Origin: Pseudolabrys sp.
GTDB lineage: Bacteria; Pseudomonadota; Alphaproteobacteria; Rhizobiales; Xanthobacteraceae
NCBI GenBank assembly: GCA_026125895.1
Contig: JAHCKG010000018.1
Coordinates: 8,231 to 72,230 of the forward strand
Direction of reading: 5' to 3'
Length of the DNA: 64,000 bases
Below are positions 36,847 through 46,901 of the stretch, in pieces; the first letter of the stretch is position 1, and the number at the start of each line of letters is the position of its first letter. The notes under the pieces are model-generated. The model made no database searches and was not told the DNA's origin. It saw nothing but the letters and a program-made list of their open reading frames with translations. The position numbers were made by a program, and so were the translations under genes.

Positions 36847-36940
36847 GGGGTCCTCCGCGAAATCGTTGTGGTTTTGGCGGAGTTTGGCTGAGGCGACGGA
36901 GCGGCGTCAATCCAGTGGGGCGGCGGGCTTCAACATTCCG

Positions 36941-36966
36941 TTCATAGCCGCGAAAGCGGAATCCAG
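36941..36966. repeat. Degenerate solo family A unit
   Basis: ttcatagccgcgaaagcggaatccag resembles ctcattcccgcgaaagcgggaatccag. Confidence 0.45.
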
Positions 36967-36996
36967 TTCTCCGCGGCAACCGCTATATTTCGAATC

Positions 36997-37557
36997 GTGG
37001 GAGCCAGATCCGAAAGAAAAACGCGATTGCTGCAGGCCGCCGGCGACGCCATCGAGCGCGCGATTGCAAGCGGCGACGACCCGTTCGAACTCATGCTCGC
37101 CGCGACGGGCGAAGGCCCCAATGTCTGCGTTCCCTATGTGCAGCTGCATCCTTTCTTTCTCGAGAAGCGCGCGCAGTTCAAGACGAAGGAGGATCGCCGC
37201 CGCGACGCGCTGGCGGCCGAGCCGGGTCCTGTCGTCTGGGTGCGCCGGCAATTCAACAGCCGCAGGCACGCGGCCTATCGGCTGGCGGATGTCGATGGTT
37301 GGCATTGGTCGAACATGAGCGGCGGCGTCATGCGCCGGGCCAATCGGTATTACCTGCACGGGTATGTCTGGTGCGACGCCATGATCGCCGGGACGATCGG
37401 GCATACCTGCAAGCACGGCCCGCCGCCGCATCGCATCAAGGTCTGCGTCACCAAGAAGGGCAACGAGAAGTTCTGGCAGGCGATCGAAGAGGCGGCGCCG
37501 ATGGACAAGAAGCCGGAGCCAAGGCGGCGCAGAAAGCGGGCGAGGCGAAGCCGCTAA
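36997..37557 (+). CDS. Hypothetical basic protein with a Cys/His cluster
   Basis: Host-like codon usage, fills the gap between rraA and lepA; HGYVWC...GHTCKHG.PPHRIKVC; start uncertain. Confidence 0.7.
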   Translation: MGARSERKTRLLQAAGDAIERAIASGDDPFELMLAATGEGPNVCVPYVQLHPFFLEKRAQFKTKEDRRRDALAAEPGPVVWVRRQFNSRRHAAYRLADVDGWHWSNMSGGVMRRANRYYLHGYVWCDAMIAGTIGHTCKHGPPPHRIKVCVTKKGNEKFWQAIEEAAPMDKKPEPRRRRKRARRSR

Positions 37558-37558
37558 A

Positions 37559-37613
37559 CCGGCCTCGTCCTTCGAGACGCATCGCTGCGCGATGCTCCTC
37601 ACGATGAGGCCGG
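37559..37613. repeat. REP-like unit related to family C
   Basis: tccttcgagacgc...gctcctcacgatgagg bracketed by ccggcctc/gaggccgg. Confidence 0.7.
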
Positions 37614-37642
37614 GCGGGGCTGCGATGCGCTGAAGCGTTAGC

Positions 37643-37728
37643 CGTCATGGCCGGGCTTGTCCCGGCCATCCACGTCTTCGATGTCACGGCCCAAGACGTG
37701 GATGCCCGGCACAAGGCCGGGCATGACG
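37643..37728. repeat. REP/RIME-like doublet, family B
   Basis: Same arms as 33604-33686 in opposite orientation with a different spacer. Confidence 0.92.
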
Positions 37729-37752
37729 ATCTATGGCTGAGACTCGGCGCGC

Positions 37753-39564
<1,812 letters not shown>

Positions 39565-39612
39565 GGGCCGCGAGATAACACCCGAATCCGGGGCCAGCAA
39601 GGCGACTTCTAT

Positions 39613-39715
39613 GTCATTCCGGGGCGCGGACGCAGTCCGCGAGCCCGGAATCCATATTCGCTGACGCCGGGGCTATCGATTCCGGGCTCGCCGCTTCGCG
39701 GCGCCCCGGAATGAC
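39613..39715. repeat. REP-like doublet (gtcattccggggcg type, related to family A)
   Basis: gtcattccggggcg...cccggaatcca and gattccgggctcg...cgccccggaatgac. Confidence 0.85.
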
Positions 39716-39718
39716 CAA

Positions 39719-40882
39719 TTACGCCGCCTTCCACACCACCGCGGCGGAGACGGTGTAATTCCACACCGCGCCCATGACGGCGCCGCCCAGGCCGGCGATC
39801 CACCAGCTCGGGCCGCCGGTATAAATGAGGCTGGCGACGCCGACATTGGAAATGGCGCCGACCGAGCAGACCAGTTCGAACACGAGGAGGCCGCGGATGA
39901 AGGCCCAGCCGGTCAGGCGCTGGTCGCGGTAGGTATAGGCGTTGTTGAACACGTAGTTCCAGACGATCGCCACCATGGTGGCGATGGTCTGCTGCACGCC
40001 GAAGCCCGGCACGCCGATGCCATGCAGCAGGCCGAGCGTCGCCATATGGGCTCCGATGCCGGTCAGGCCGACCAGGCAGAACAGCACGAAACGGTAGGAG
40101 ACTGCGTCGTTGGTCAGTTTGGCAAGCAGGAGCTGGCCGAAGTCGAGGGCAACGCGGGCGTCGAGCTTGCTCTCGCCGTGACGGCGCCTGCCGAACACGA
40201 AAGGCAGTTCGGCGATGCGCAAGGTGTCGCGGCCGGTGGCGGCGATATCGAGCAGGATCTTGAAGCCTTGCGTCGACAGCTTCGGCGCCAGTTCGTCGAT
40301 CACCTCGCGGCGGAGCATGAAAAAGCCGCTCATCGGGTCGGTCAATTCGACCTTCAAAAGCCGGCGCGCCAGTGCCGTGGACCACTGGCTGGCCTTGGCG
40401 CGGGCGGCGGAAAAGCCGGCGTCCGTCGTGCCGCCGATATAGCGCGAGGCGACGACGAGATCGGTTTCGCAACTGCGCAGCTTCCCGACCATGGCGGCGA
40501 GCAGCGTCTCGTCATGCTGGCCGTCGGCATCCATCACCGCGACGTAAGGCGCGTTCGAAGCCAGCATGCCCTCGATGCAGGCGCCGGCGAGGCCGCGACG
40601 GCCGACGCGGCGGATGCAGCGGACGCGGCGGTCGCGGGAACCGATGTCGCGGGCGAGCGCGCTGGTGCCGTCCGGCGAATTGTCGTCGACGACGATGACC
40701 TCCCAGTCGATACCGTTGAGCGCTTTGGCCAGCCGCTCGACCATCATCGGGATGTTGGCGCGCTCGTTGAAGGCCGGCAGGATGACGGACAGTTCCGGCG
40801 CCGGCTCGGTCATGGGAACGAGCGACGGCGCCGCCACCTGCGGGGTCTGAACGACCGTCTTTTTCAGTGTCTGCTGGGCCAT
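39719..40882 (-). CDS. GT2 polyprenyl-phosphate glycosyltransferase fused to a GtrA-like domain
   Basis: ILPAFNE, VDDNSPDGT, MDADGQHD, DPMSGFF, GESKL, WNY..NN.YTY; start at 40882 or 40813. Confidence 0.9.
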   Translation of the reverse strand: MAQQTLKKTVVQTPQVAAPSLVPMTEPAPELSVILPAFNERANIPMMVERLAKALNGIDWEVIVVDDNSPDGTSALARDIGSRDRRVRCIRRVGRRGLAGACIEGMLASNAPYVAVMDADGQHDETLLAAMVGKLRSCETDLVVASRYIGGTTDAGFSAARAKASQWSTALARRLLKVELTDPMSGFFMLRREVIDELAPKLSTQGFKILLDIAATGRDTLRIAELPFVFGRRRHGESKLDARVALDFGQLLLAKLTNDAVSYRFVLFCLVGLTGIGAHMATLGLLHGIGVPGFGVQQTIATMVAIVWNYVFNNAYTYRDQRLTGWAFIRGLLVFELVCSVGAISNVGVASLIYTGGPSWWIAGLGGAVMGAVWNYTVSAAVVWKAA

Positions 40883-40929
40883 GGCCGCGGAGTGTGCCGC
40901 CGGGGCGTTAACGGCGGGTTCGCGCTTGA

Positions 40930-40966
40930 TTCCAATATATGAGAAGTATATTCTCATATCATGGAA
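40930..40966. promoter_or_regulatory. Palindromic operator overlapping the start of the XRE regulator
   Basis: atatgagaa-N5-ttctcatat with outer ttcca/tggaa, in the AT-rich divergent gap. Confidence 0.7.
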
Positions 40967-41551
40967 CAAGCAGCAGATGGCCTGAGCACCCTCGACCGCG
41001 CCATCGGCGAGCGCATCAAGGCGCTGCGGGCCGACCGCGGGCTGACGCTCGAGGTGCTGGCGGAAAAGGCGGGTGTCAGCCGCGCCATGCTGTCGCGCAT
41101 CGAGCGCGGCGAGTCGAACCCGACGGCGCAACTGCTCGGCCGCGTCTGCGCCGGGCTCGACGTCACTCTGTCGGCGCTGTTCGCCGAGACCGAACAGGCG
41201 GCATCGCCGCTGGCGCGCCGCGCCGAGCAGGCCGTATGGCGCGATCCCGCCAGCGGCTATGTCCGGCGCGTGGTGACGCCGCCGAACTGCGGCGCGGCCG
41301 CCGAGATCGTCGATGTCGAATTCCCGGCCGGCGCCACGGTGACGATGGAATCTTCGCGTACGCCGGCGAGCGATCAGCAGATCGTGCTGCTGTCCGGCCG
41401 CATGGAATTGACGGTGGGCAACACGACGCATCGGCTCGAGGCCGGCGACTGCCTGCACATGCAGCTCGGCCAGCCGGTCGGCTTCCACAATCCGGGAGCC
41501 AGGCCCGCGCATTATCTCGTCGTCATCAGCTCCGGCGCGCCGCGATTCTGA
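40961..41551 (+). CDS. XRE-family HTH plus cupin regulator
   Basis: GLTLE.LA.KAGVSRAMLSRIERGESNPT; cupin L.AGDCL. Confidence 0.92.
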   Translation: MEQAADGLSTLDRAIGERIKALRADRGLTLEVLAEKAGVSRAMLSRIERGESNPTAQLLGRVCAGLDVTLSALFAETEQAASPLARRAEQAVWRDPASGYVRRVVTPPNCGAAAEIVDVEFPAGATVTMESSRTPASDQQIVLLSGRMELTVGNTTHRLEAGDCLHMQLGQPVGFHNPGARPAHYLVVISSGAPRF

Positions 41552-41561
41552 AAGGTGATTT

Positions 41562-42086
41562 ATGGCCGACACGGTCGTCATACGTGAACTCGCTGCCGCC
41601 GAGGCGGAGCGGCGGCTCGATGAGCTTGGCGTCATCCTGCGCGACGCGGTGGAGAGCGGCGCCTCGGTCAACTTCCTGCAAGGCTTCACGCAAGCCGAGG
41701 CCGAAGCGTTCTGGCGCGGGCAGGTGCCCGGCATCGCAGACGGCGGCCGGCGTCTGCTGGTCGCAGAGGACGGCGAGCGGCTGATCGGCACCGTGGTGCT
41801 GACCCTGGCGCCGCAGCCGAACCAGCCGCACCGCGCCGATGTCGGCAAGATGCTGGTGCTTGCGTCGCATCGCCGCCGCGGTCTCGGCCGCCGTCTGCTC
41901 GACGCGGTTGAGGCGCTGGCGCGAGAGCAGGGGCGCACCCTGCTGATGCTCGACACAACCTTGGGCAGTTCGGGCGACATGCTGTATCGCCGTTGCGGCT
42001 GGACCGAATACGGCATCGTGCCGGGCCATGCGCTCTCCACGCTCGGCGTGCCGACCGCCACGGCGTTTTTCTACAAGGAAGTGTGA
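41562..42086 (+). CDS. GNAT acetyltransferase (Ttr-like)
   Basis: GASVNF, NQPHRADV.KMLV, RRRGLG, LL.LDT. Confidence 0.9.
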   Translation: MADTVVIRELAAAEAERRLDELGVILRDAVESGASVNFLQGFTQAEAEAFWRGQVPGIADGGRRLLVAEDGERLIGTVVLTLAPQPNQPHRADVGKMLVLASHRRRGLGRRLLDAVEALAREQGRTLLMLDTTLGSSGDMLYRRCGWTEYGIVPGHALSTLGVPTATAFFYKEV

Positions 42087-42136
42087 GACAAAGGTAACGT
42101 GACGCCCGCGCGCCGCCGTGGCATAGGCAGGGCGCC

Positions 42137-43651
42137 ATGTGGTCCAACATCAAGAGCGACGCCCGGCGCATCGCCGCCTCCTTCGCCGATCCGGCGAACG
42201 CCAATGTGACGGTGCTGTTCGCGCTCGTCGTCTATACCGGCGTGTGGGCGGCTTACGGCGCCATCACGAAGCAGGCGCAGGGCCTCAATCCCGACATGAC
42301 CGAATTGATCGCGTGGTCGCGCGATCTCGCTTTCGGTTATTCGAAGCATCCGCCGCTCGCCGCCTGGCTGGTGCGCGGCTGGTTCGAGGTCTTCCCGGTG
42401 TCGGACTGGGCCTACTACCTGCTGGCGATGCTGATGCCGGCGCTGACGCTCTGGATCGTCTGGAAGTTGATGGCAGACTACCTGCCGCTGTCGAAGCGCG
42501 TCGCCGGCCTCGCCTTGCTGACTCTGGTGCCGTTCTTTTCGTTTCATGCGCTCAAGTTCAACGTCAACACCATCCTGATGCCGCTCTGGGCGGCGGCGAC
42601 CTATTACTTCCTGCGCTCCTACGTGACGCGCAGTCCGCGCCTTGCCGCACTCGCCGGCATCACCGCGGCGATGTGCATGCTCGGCAAATACTGGTCGATC
42701 TTCCTCATCGCCGGCCTCGTCGTCGCCGCGCTCGCCGACCGCCGCCGCGCGCTGTATTTCCGTTCGGCGGCGCCGTGGATCACCGTGCTGTTCGGCGCGG
42801 CCTGTCTGGCGCCGCATATCGTCTGGCTGTTCCAGCACGACTTCATGACGTTCAAATATGCCGAGGCCGCGCATGAGGCGAAGCCGTTTACCGCGACGGC
42901 GGTGGCGGCGCTCGGCTATCTCGCCGGCTCGATCGGTTACGTCGCGTTGCCGCTGATCGTCGTCCTTGTCGTGGCGCGCGGCCGCATCGCCACCTTGCGT
43001 GACATGGTCTGGCCGCACGACGACGACCGCCGCCTCGTCGCGCTGGCGTTCTGGGCGCCGCTATTGCTGCCGATGCTGGGCGCCATCGCGGCGCATACCG
43101 AGATCACCTCGCTGTGGTCGATGTCGGCCTGGACCTTGCTGCCGGTGCTGCTGCTGTCGCCGCCGGGCCTGAACTGGCGGCCGGTCGATACCGTCAGGGT
43201 CACCGGCTTCGCCATCGTGCTGCCGCTGGCGCTGCTCGCCGCTTCGCCCTTCATCGCCGCCAAGACGCGGCCGAAAGGCCCGCCGCCCGCCGCGGCGCAG
43301 GCGCCGCTGCTGGCGCGTGAGGTCGAGCGGCTCTGGCGTCAGGCGATCCCGTTCCCGCTGCGTTATGTCGGCGGCGAAGGCGACATTGTCTTGCCGGTAG
43401 CGGCTTATGCGCAGGACAAGCCGCGCATCCTGATCCCGGGGCTGGTGACGATGCCGGACCCGGTGACGTTGCGGCACGCCGGCATGGTGCAACTGTGCTT
43501 CGCCGAGGATCAGACCTGCCTCGCCCGGGCCAAGGCCGCGATCGGCGACGCGCCGAACCAGGTGTCGCAAACCACGATCTTCCGCACGCCCGGTAGTCCG
43601 GGCGCCGAGCCGCGCCACTACACGATCATGGTCGTGCCGCCGCGGCCGTGA
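42137..43651 (+). CDS. GT39/ArnT-like (GT-C) glycosyltransferase
   Basis: D..E...W....AFGY.KHPPL.AW, FN.N...PLW, LGKYWS; many TM segments. Confidence 0.88.
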   Translation: MWSNIKSDARRIAASFADPANANVTVLFALVVYTGVWAAYGAITKQAQGLNPDMTELIAWSRDLAFGYSKHPPLAAWLVRGWFEVFPVSDWAYYLLAMLMPALTLWIVWKLMADYLPLSKRVAGLALLTLVPFFSFHALKFNVNTILMPLWAAATYYFLRSYVTRSPRLAALAGITAAMCMLGKYWSIFLIAGLVVAALADRRRALYFRSAAPWITVLFGAACLAPHIVWLFQHDFMTFKYAEAAHEAKPFTATAVAALGYLAGSIGYVALPLIVVLVVARGRIATLRDMVWPHDDDRRLVALAFWAPLLLPMLGAIAAHTEITSLWSMSAWTLLPVLLLSPPGLNWRPVDTVRVTGFAIVLPLALLAASPFIAAKTRPKGPPPAAAQAPLLAREVERLWRQAIPFPLRYVGGEGDIVLPVAAYAQDKPRILIPGLVTMPDPVTLRHAGMVQLCFAEDQTCLARAKAAIGDAPNQVSQTTIFRTPGSPGAEPRHYTIMVVPPRP

Positions 43652-43652
43652 T

Positions 43653-44927
43653 ATGCGCTTCAACCGCCGCGAGGGCGCGAGAGAGGGCAGAGCCTTGGAC
43701 TCCCAGACCCGGACCACGAGCTTCTTGAGCTATCAGAACCTGCTGCGCCTCGAGGATCGCGTCTCCGAGATCTTCCTGCGCTATCCGTGGATCGGCTGGG
43801 GCGTCTGGATCCTCTTCTGCATCAACTCGCTGATCCGCAACGACCCCAAGCGCTTCGGCTCGACCTTCCAGGCCTATCTCGACGCCGCGCACGCGTTCTG
43901 GAGCCACCAGACGATCTACGACATGTCGACGCTCGGCGAGTATCTGTACTGGCCGGTGTCGCTGCTGGTGCTCGGGCCGCTGCCGATGCTGCAGCCCGTC
44001 GTCGCCGCGGGCATCGCCATGGCGATCTCGGCGGCGCTTTTGTCCGTCGCCGCCTATTGCTTCATGAAGCTGCTGCTGCCGGAGCAGAGCCGCCGCGATG
44101 TCTTCAACCTCGCCGGCGTGCTGTTGATGATCAACATCCCGGTGGCCTGGTTCAATCTGAAATACGTGCAGGCCCAGGTCGGCATGACCGCCTTCATGAT
44201 GCTGGCGGCGGTGGCGATCGCGCGGCGGCGCTGGGTGCTCGGCGCGCTGTGGCTGTTTCTCAGCGTCATCACCAAGCCGCTGTCGCTGGTGATGCTGCTG
44301 CTGTGCGGCGCCACGCAGCCGAAGATGCGGCCTTGGCTGCTGCTGGCGCTGGTCGCGGCGCTGGCCTTGCCTTTTGCTTTCGCGCCGCCGGCCTATGTCG
44401 CCGAGCAGTACCGAATCTGGATCGTCAAGCTGCAGCAGCTGACGTCGGTCGAGCCGGGGCAGTGGCTGTATCAGGCCGACTTCGCCACCATGCTCGACTC
44501 GTTCGGCCTGACGCTGTCGCATGCGGTGCAGACGGCGATCCGGCTTGCCGCCGCGCTCGGCTTCCTCGCGCTTGTGTGGCGCATCGCCCGCTACGGCAAC
44601 ATCGTCGTCTTCGCCGTCGCCGTGATGCTCTATGCCGCCTGCTACATCAACCTGTTCGGGCCTCGCAACGAGTTCCTGTCCTACATGGTGCTGACGCCGG
44701 CGCTGACGGGCGTCGCGCTGATGCTGCTGCGCCGTAACGCCCGCGATCAGCGCGCCTGGCTGCTGATCGTTGCCGCGCTGGTCATCGACTTCCACGGCGC
44801 TTTGGCGGTCGATCGCGTGCTCAAGCCGGTGCTCGCCTTCATCGTGCTCGGCTGGATGATCTGGATGACCATCGACATGCGGCGCTGGGTGGAACTCCTG
44901 GGACCGACGGCCAGGACCGCCGATTAA
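43653..44927 (+). CDS. GT87/DUF2029-like (GT-C) membrane glycosyltransferase
   Basis: Y..AA..FW....IY, YLYWP, Q.Q, KP motif; many TM segments; start uncertain. Confidence 0.7.
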   Translation: MRFNRREGAREGRALDSQTRTTSFLSYQNLLRLEDRVSEIFLRYPWIGWGVWILFCINSLIRNDPKRFGSTFQAYLDAAHAFWSHQTIYDMSTLGEYLYWPVSLLVLGPLPMLQPVVAAGIAMAISAALLSVAAYCFMKLLLPEQSRRDVFNLAGVLLMINIPVAWFNLKYVQAQVGMTAFMMLAAVAIARRRWVLGALWLFLSVITKPLSLVMLLLCGATQPKMRPWLLLALVAALALPFAFAPPAYVAEQYRIWIVKLQQLTSVEPGQWLYQADFATMLDSFGLTLSHAVQTAIRLAAALGFLALVWRIARYGNIVVFAVAVMLYAACYINLFGPRNEFLSYMVLTPALTGVALMLLRRNARDQRAWLLIVAALVIDFHGALAVDRVLKPVLAFIVLGWMIWMTIDMRRWVELLGPTARTAD

Positions 44928-45005
44928 TTCGCAATACCGGAGAAGTTCGCCGCCCGGGCCTGGGCCACAATGGCCGCCTCCCTATCCGCAACAACGGAGG
45001 CGAAG

Positions 45006-45716
45006 ATGGCGAACCCGAGTGATGGCGAACCCGCAGGCGGTTGGCCCAATCCCGAAAGCGCGCAAATCCGGGGTCGCCAGGCGGCGACGCGCGAACACCT
45101 GCGCGAGACCCTGCCGGTGCGGGCGGTGCAGAAATCCGCCGGCAAGCAAACCGGTTTTCCCGACGAGGCGGAGCTGGAATACGAGCGCTCGGTGATCCGC
45201 ATTCCGTTCTATCTCAAGGGCAAGGCGAGGACGGACTCGCGCCATGACGTCGATATCATGGCCTTCGACGCCTATATGCGGCTGCTGCGCGAGAAGCCGA
45301 TCCGCAACGGCCTGGGCCTGCGGCAGTTCGAGTTCTTCATCGATTCCTGGGAGCTCAACAACACCTACAGCAAGGGCCTCAATGCCGACGTGACGTTCAC
45401 GCTGTCGGACTGCGAACAGCCCAAGAGTCTGTGCATTTCGCTGCAACGCGAATCCGACTACCCGGCGATGATCGTCTACAACGCGATCTATGACGTCTAT
45501 GTCGGCAAGGAGCGCATCATCACGCACCAGGCCGGCACGGCGGTGGCGATGCCGGTGCGCGAAATCCCGCCGCGCAACACCACGGTGGCGTTCGAGAAGC
45601 CGTTCGATTCCGACCTGTTCAGCTTCTCGGCCGGAAGTTGCGAAGGCATGCGCTCGATCACCAAGGACGAGTTCGAGCGCGGAATCATGGAAGCGCGCAA
45701 GATCCGCGGCGGTTGA
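45006..45716 (+). CDS. Hypothetical soluble protein, probably beta-rich
   Basis: SD GGAGG at 44996, strong GC3 bias, first gene of an apparent four-gene operon. Confidence 0.8.
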   Translation: MANPSDGEPAGGWPNPESAQIRGRQAATREHLRETLPVRAVQKSAGKQTGFPDEAELEYERSVIRIPFYLKGKARTDSRHDVDIMAFDAYMRLLREKPIRNGLGLRQFEFFIDSWELNNTYSKGLNADVTFTLSDCEQPKSLCISLQRESDYPAMIVYNAIYDVYVGKERIITHQAGTAVAMPVREIPPRNTTVAFEKPFDSDLFSFSAGSCEGMRSITKDEFERGIMEARKIRGG

Positions 45717-45728
45717 GGGCGCCTGCGC

Positions 45729-46130
45729 ATGGCGCCGCGGCACCAGCTCCGGCTTGGACTCGTCCAGATCAATGTCACCGATCTGGGCGAAGCCTGGCGG
45801 TTCTATGTCGATGCGCTGGGGCTGCCCGGCGCCGAACGTCTCGGGCGCGGCAAACCCTTCCACCTCGCGGTGGAAGGCGCGCCCGAGGTTCTGGTTTATC
45901 GCGTCGAGCGCATGGCGCTGCGCCACTATCCGGATGACACCGGCGTGACGCTGGTTTTCTACACGCCGGACATCAAGGCGACCGTCGCCGACTGGAAGGC
46001 CAAAGGAGTCGAATTCGTGCCGATCGCCTGGTCGCGCGACAAGAGCGGCATCGCCGAAACGCCGTTCGGCCCGTTCATCGCTTTCCGCGATCCGTTCGGC
46101 AACGTCCATGAACTCTTGCAACCCGGCTAA
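45729..46130 (+). CDS. VOC (glyoxalase/bleomycin resistance) family protein
   Basis: INV.DL.EA.RFY.DALG, KGVEF, FRDPFGN.HEL. Confidence 0.88.
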   Translation: MAPRHQLRLGLVQINVTDLGEAWRFYVDALGLPGAERLGRGKPFHLAVEGAPEVLVYRVERMALRHYPDDTGVTLVFYTPDIKATVADWKAKGVEFVPIAWSRDKSGIAETPFGPFIAFRDPFGNVHELLQPG

Positions 46131-46155
46131 CAGCGTCAACCTCGAGGAGTCCAAC

Positions 46156-46887
46156 ATGCATCAGGTCGATTTGAATCGCGCGGACATGGATCGCGACCGG
46201 CTGGCCCATGTGCTGCAAGGTTTCCCGGCGCCGCTGGTCGAGCCAGACGTGTTCAGGATGCTCGATCGCTACTATGCCGATCTCGACGCCATCGGCCGCA
46301 TCGACGACGAGACCGGCGAGCCGCTCATCGACAAGGTGCAGCTCACCGCGTTGCTGCGCGAGTTCGTCAATCTCGGCGAAGCCGACCGGCTCGTGAAGCT
46401 GCTGGAAGGCTTGCAGGGCGCGGCGTTCCGCACCGCACTAGGCCGCGATCGCTATCGCGAGGTGTCGTGGTTCGAACTGGCGCGCGAGATCGTCATCTTC
46501 GACACCGAGCCGGCGACGACGTTCGAACAGCTTCGCTTGTCGTCGCGCGCGACGCCCGACGAGGTGATCGACGCCGTGCAGGCGCGGTTCCCCAGCCTCG
46601 AGCGCGAAATGGCCGATCCCGCGATCCTCGGCGATCAGGTGATCAAGCGCCTGTCGGATCCGCAGCAGGCGGAAGCCGCGCTGCACATCATCAACAAGCA
46701 GCTCGGTTGGTGGGCGGCGCTGGCGACGGTGCTGCTGCTGCCGCCGGCGATCGCCGCGCGGCGCCACGTGTCCGATCCGAAGACCGCGGCGGTGGCGTGG
46801 CCGCTGTCGATGAACGTGCTCGGCGCGGCGGTTGGCGGCTGGACCATCACGGTGGTCGGAAGCTGCCTGCTGGCGCCGCTGCAATAA
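46156..46887 (+). CDS. Hypothetical protein with an acidic helical N-domain and two C-terminal hydrophobic helices
   Basis: SD GAGGAG; LGWWAALATVLLLPP and WPLSMNVLGAAVGGWTITVVGSCLL segments. Confidence 0.75.
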   Translation: MHQVDLNRADMDRDRLAHVLQGFPAPLVEPDVFRMLDRYYADLDAIGRIDDETGEPLIDKVQLTALLREFVNLGEADRLVKLLEGLQGAAFRTALGRDRYREVSWFELAREIVIFDTEPATTFEQLRLSSRATPDEVIDAVQARFPSLEREMADPAILGDQVIKRLSDPQQAEAALHIINKQLGWWAALATVLLLPPAIAARRHVSDPKTAAVAWPLSMNVLGAAVGGWTITVVGSCLLAPLQ

Positions 46888-46901
46888 CGCGGGCGGCGGC
46901 G

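Noticed and set aside
39719-42061. 780-aa ORF suggesting a giant GT2 fusion
   Set aside because: The N-terminal half is the antisense shadow of the XRE and GNAT genes; glycosyltransferase motifs begin only near 40882.
46467-46901. N-terminal extension of the ABC1 kinase (566-aa ORF)
   Set aside because: It overlaps the upstream gene in another frame and reads as Arg-rich off-frame sequence; the ATG at 46902 follows the upstream stop.
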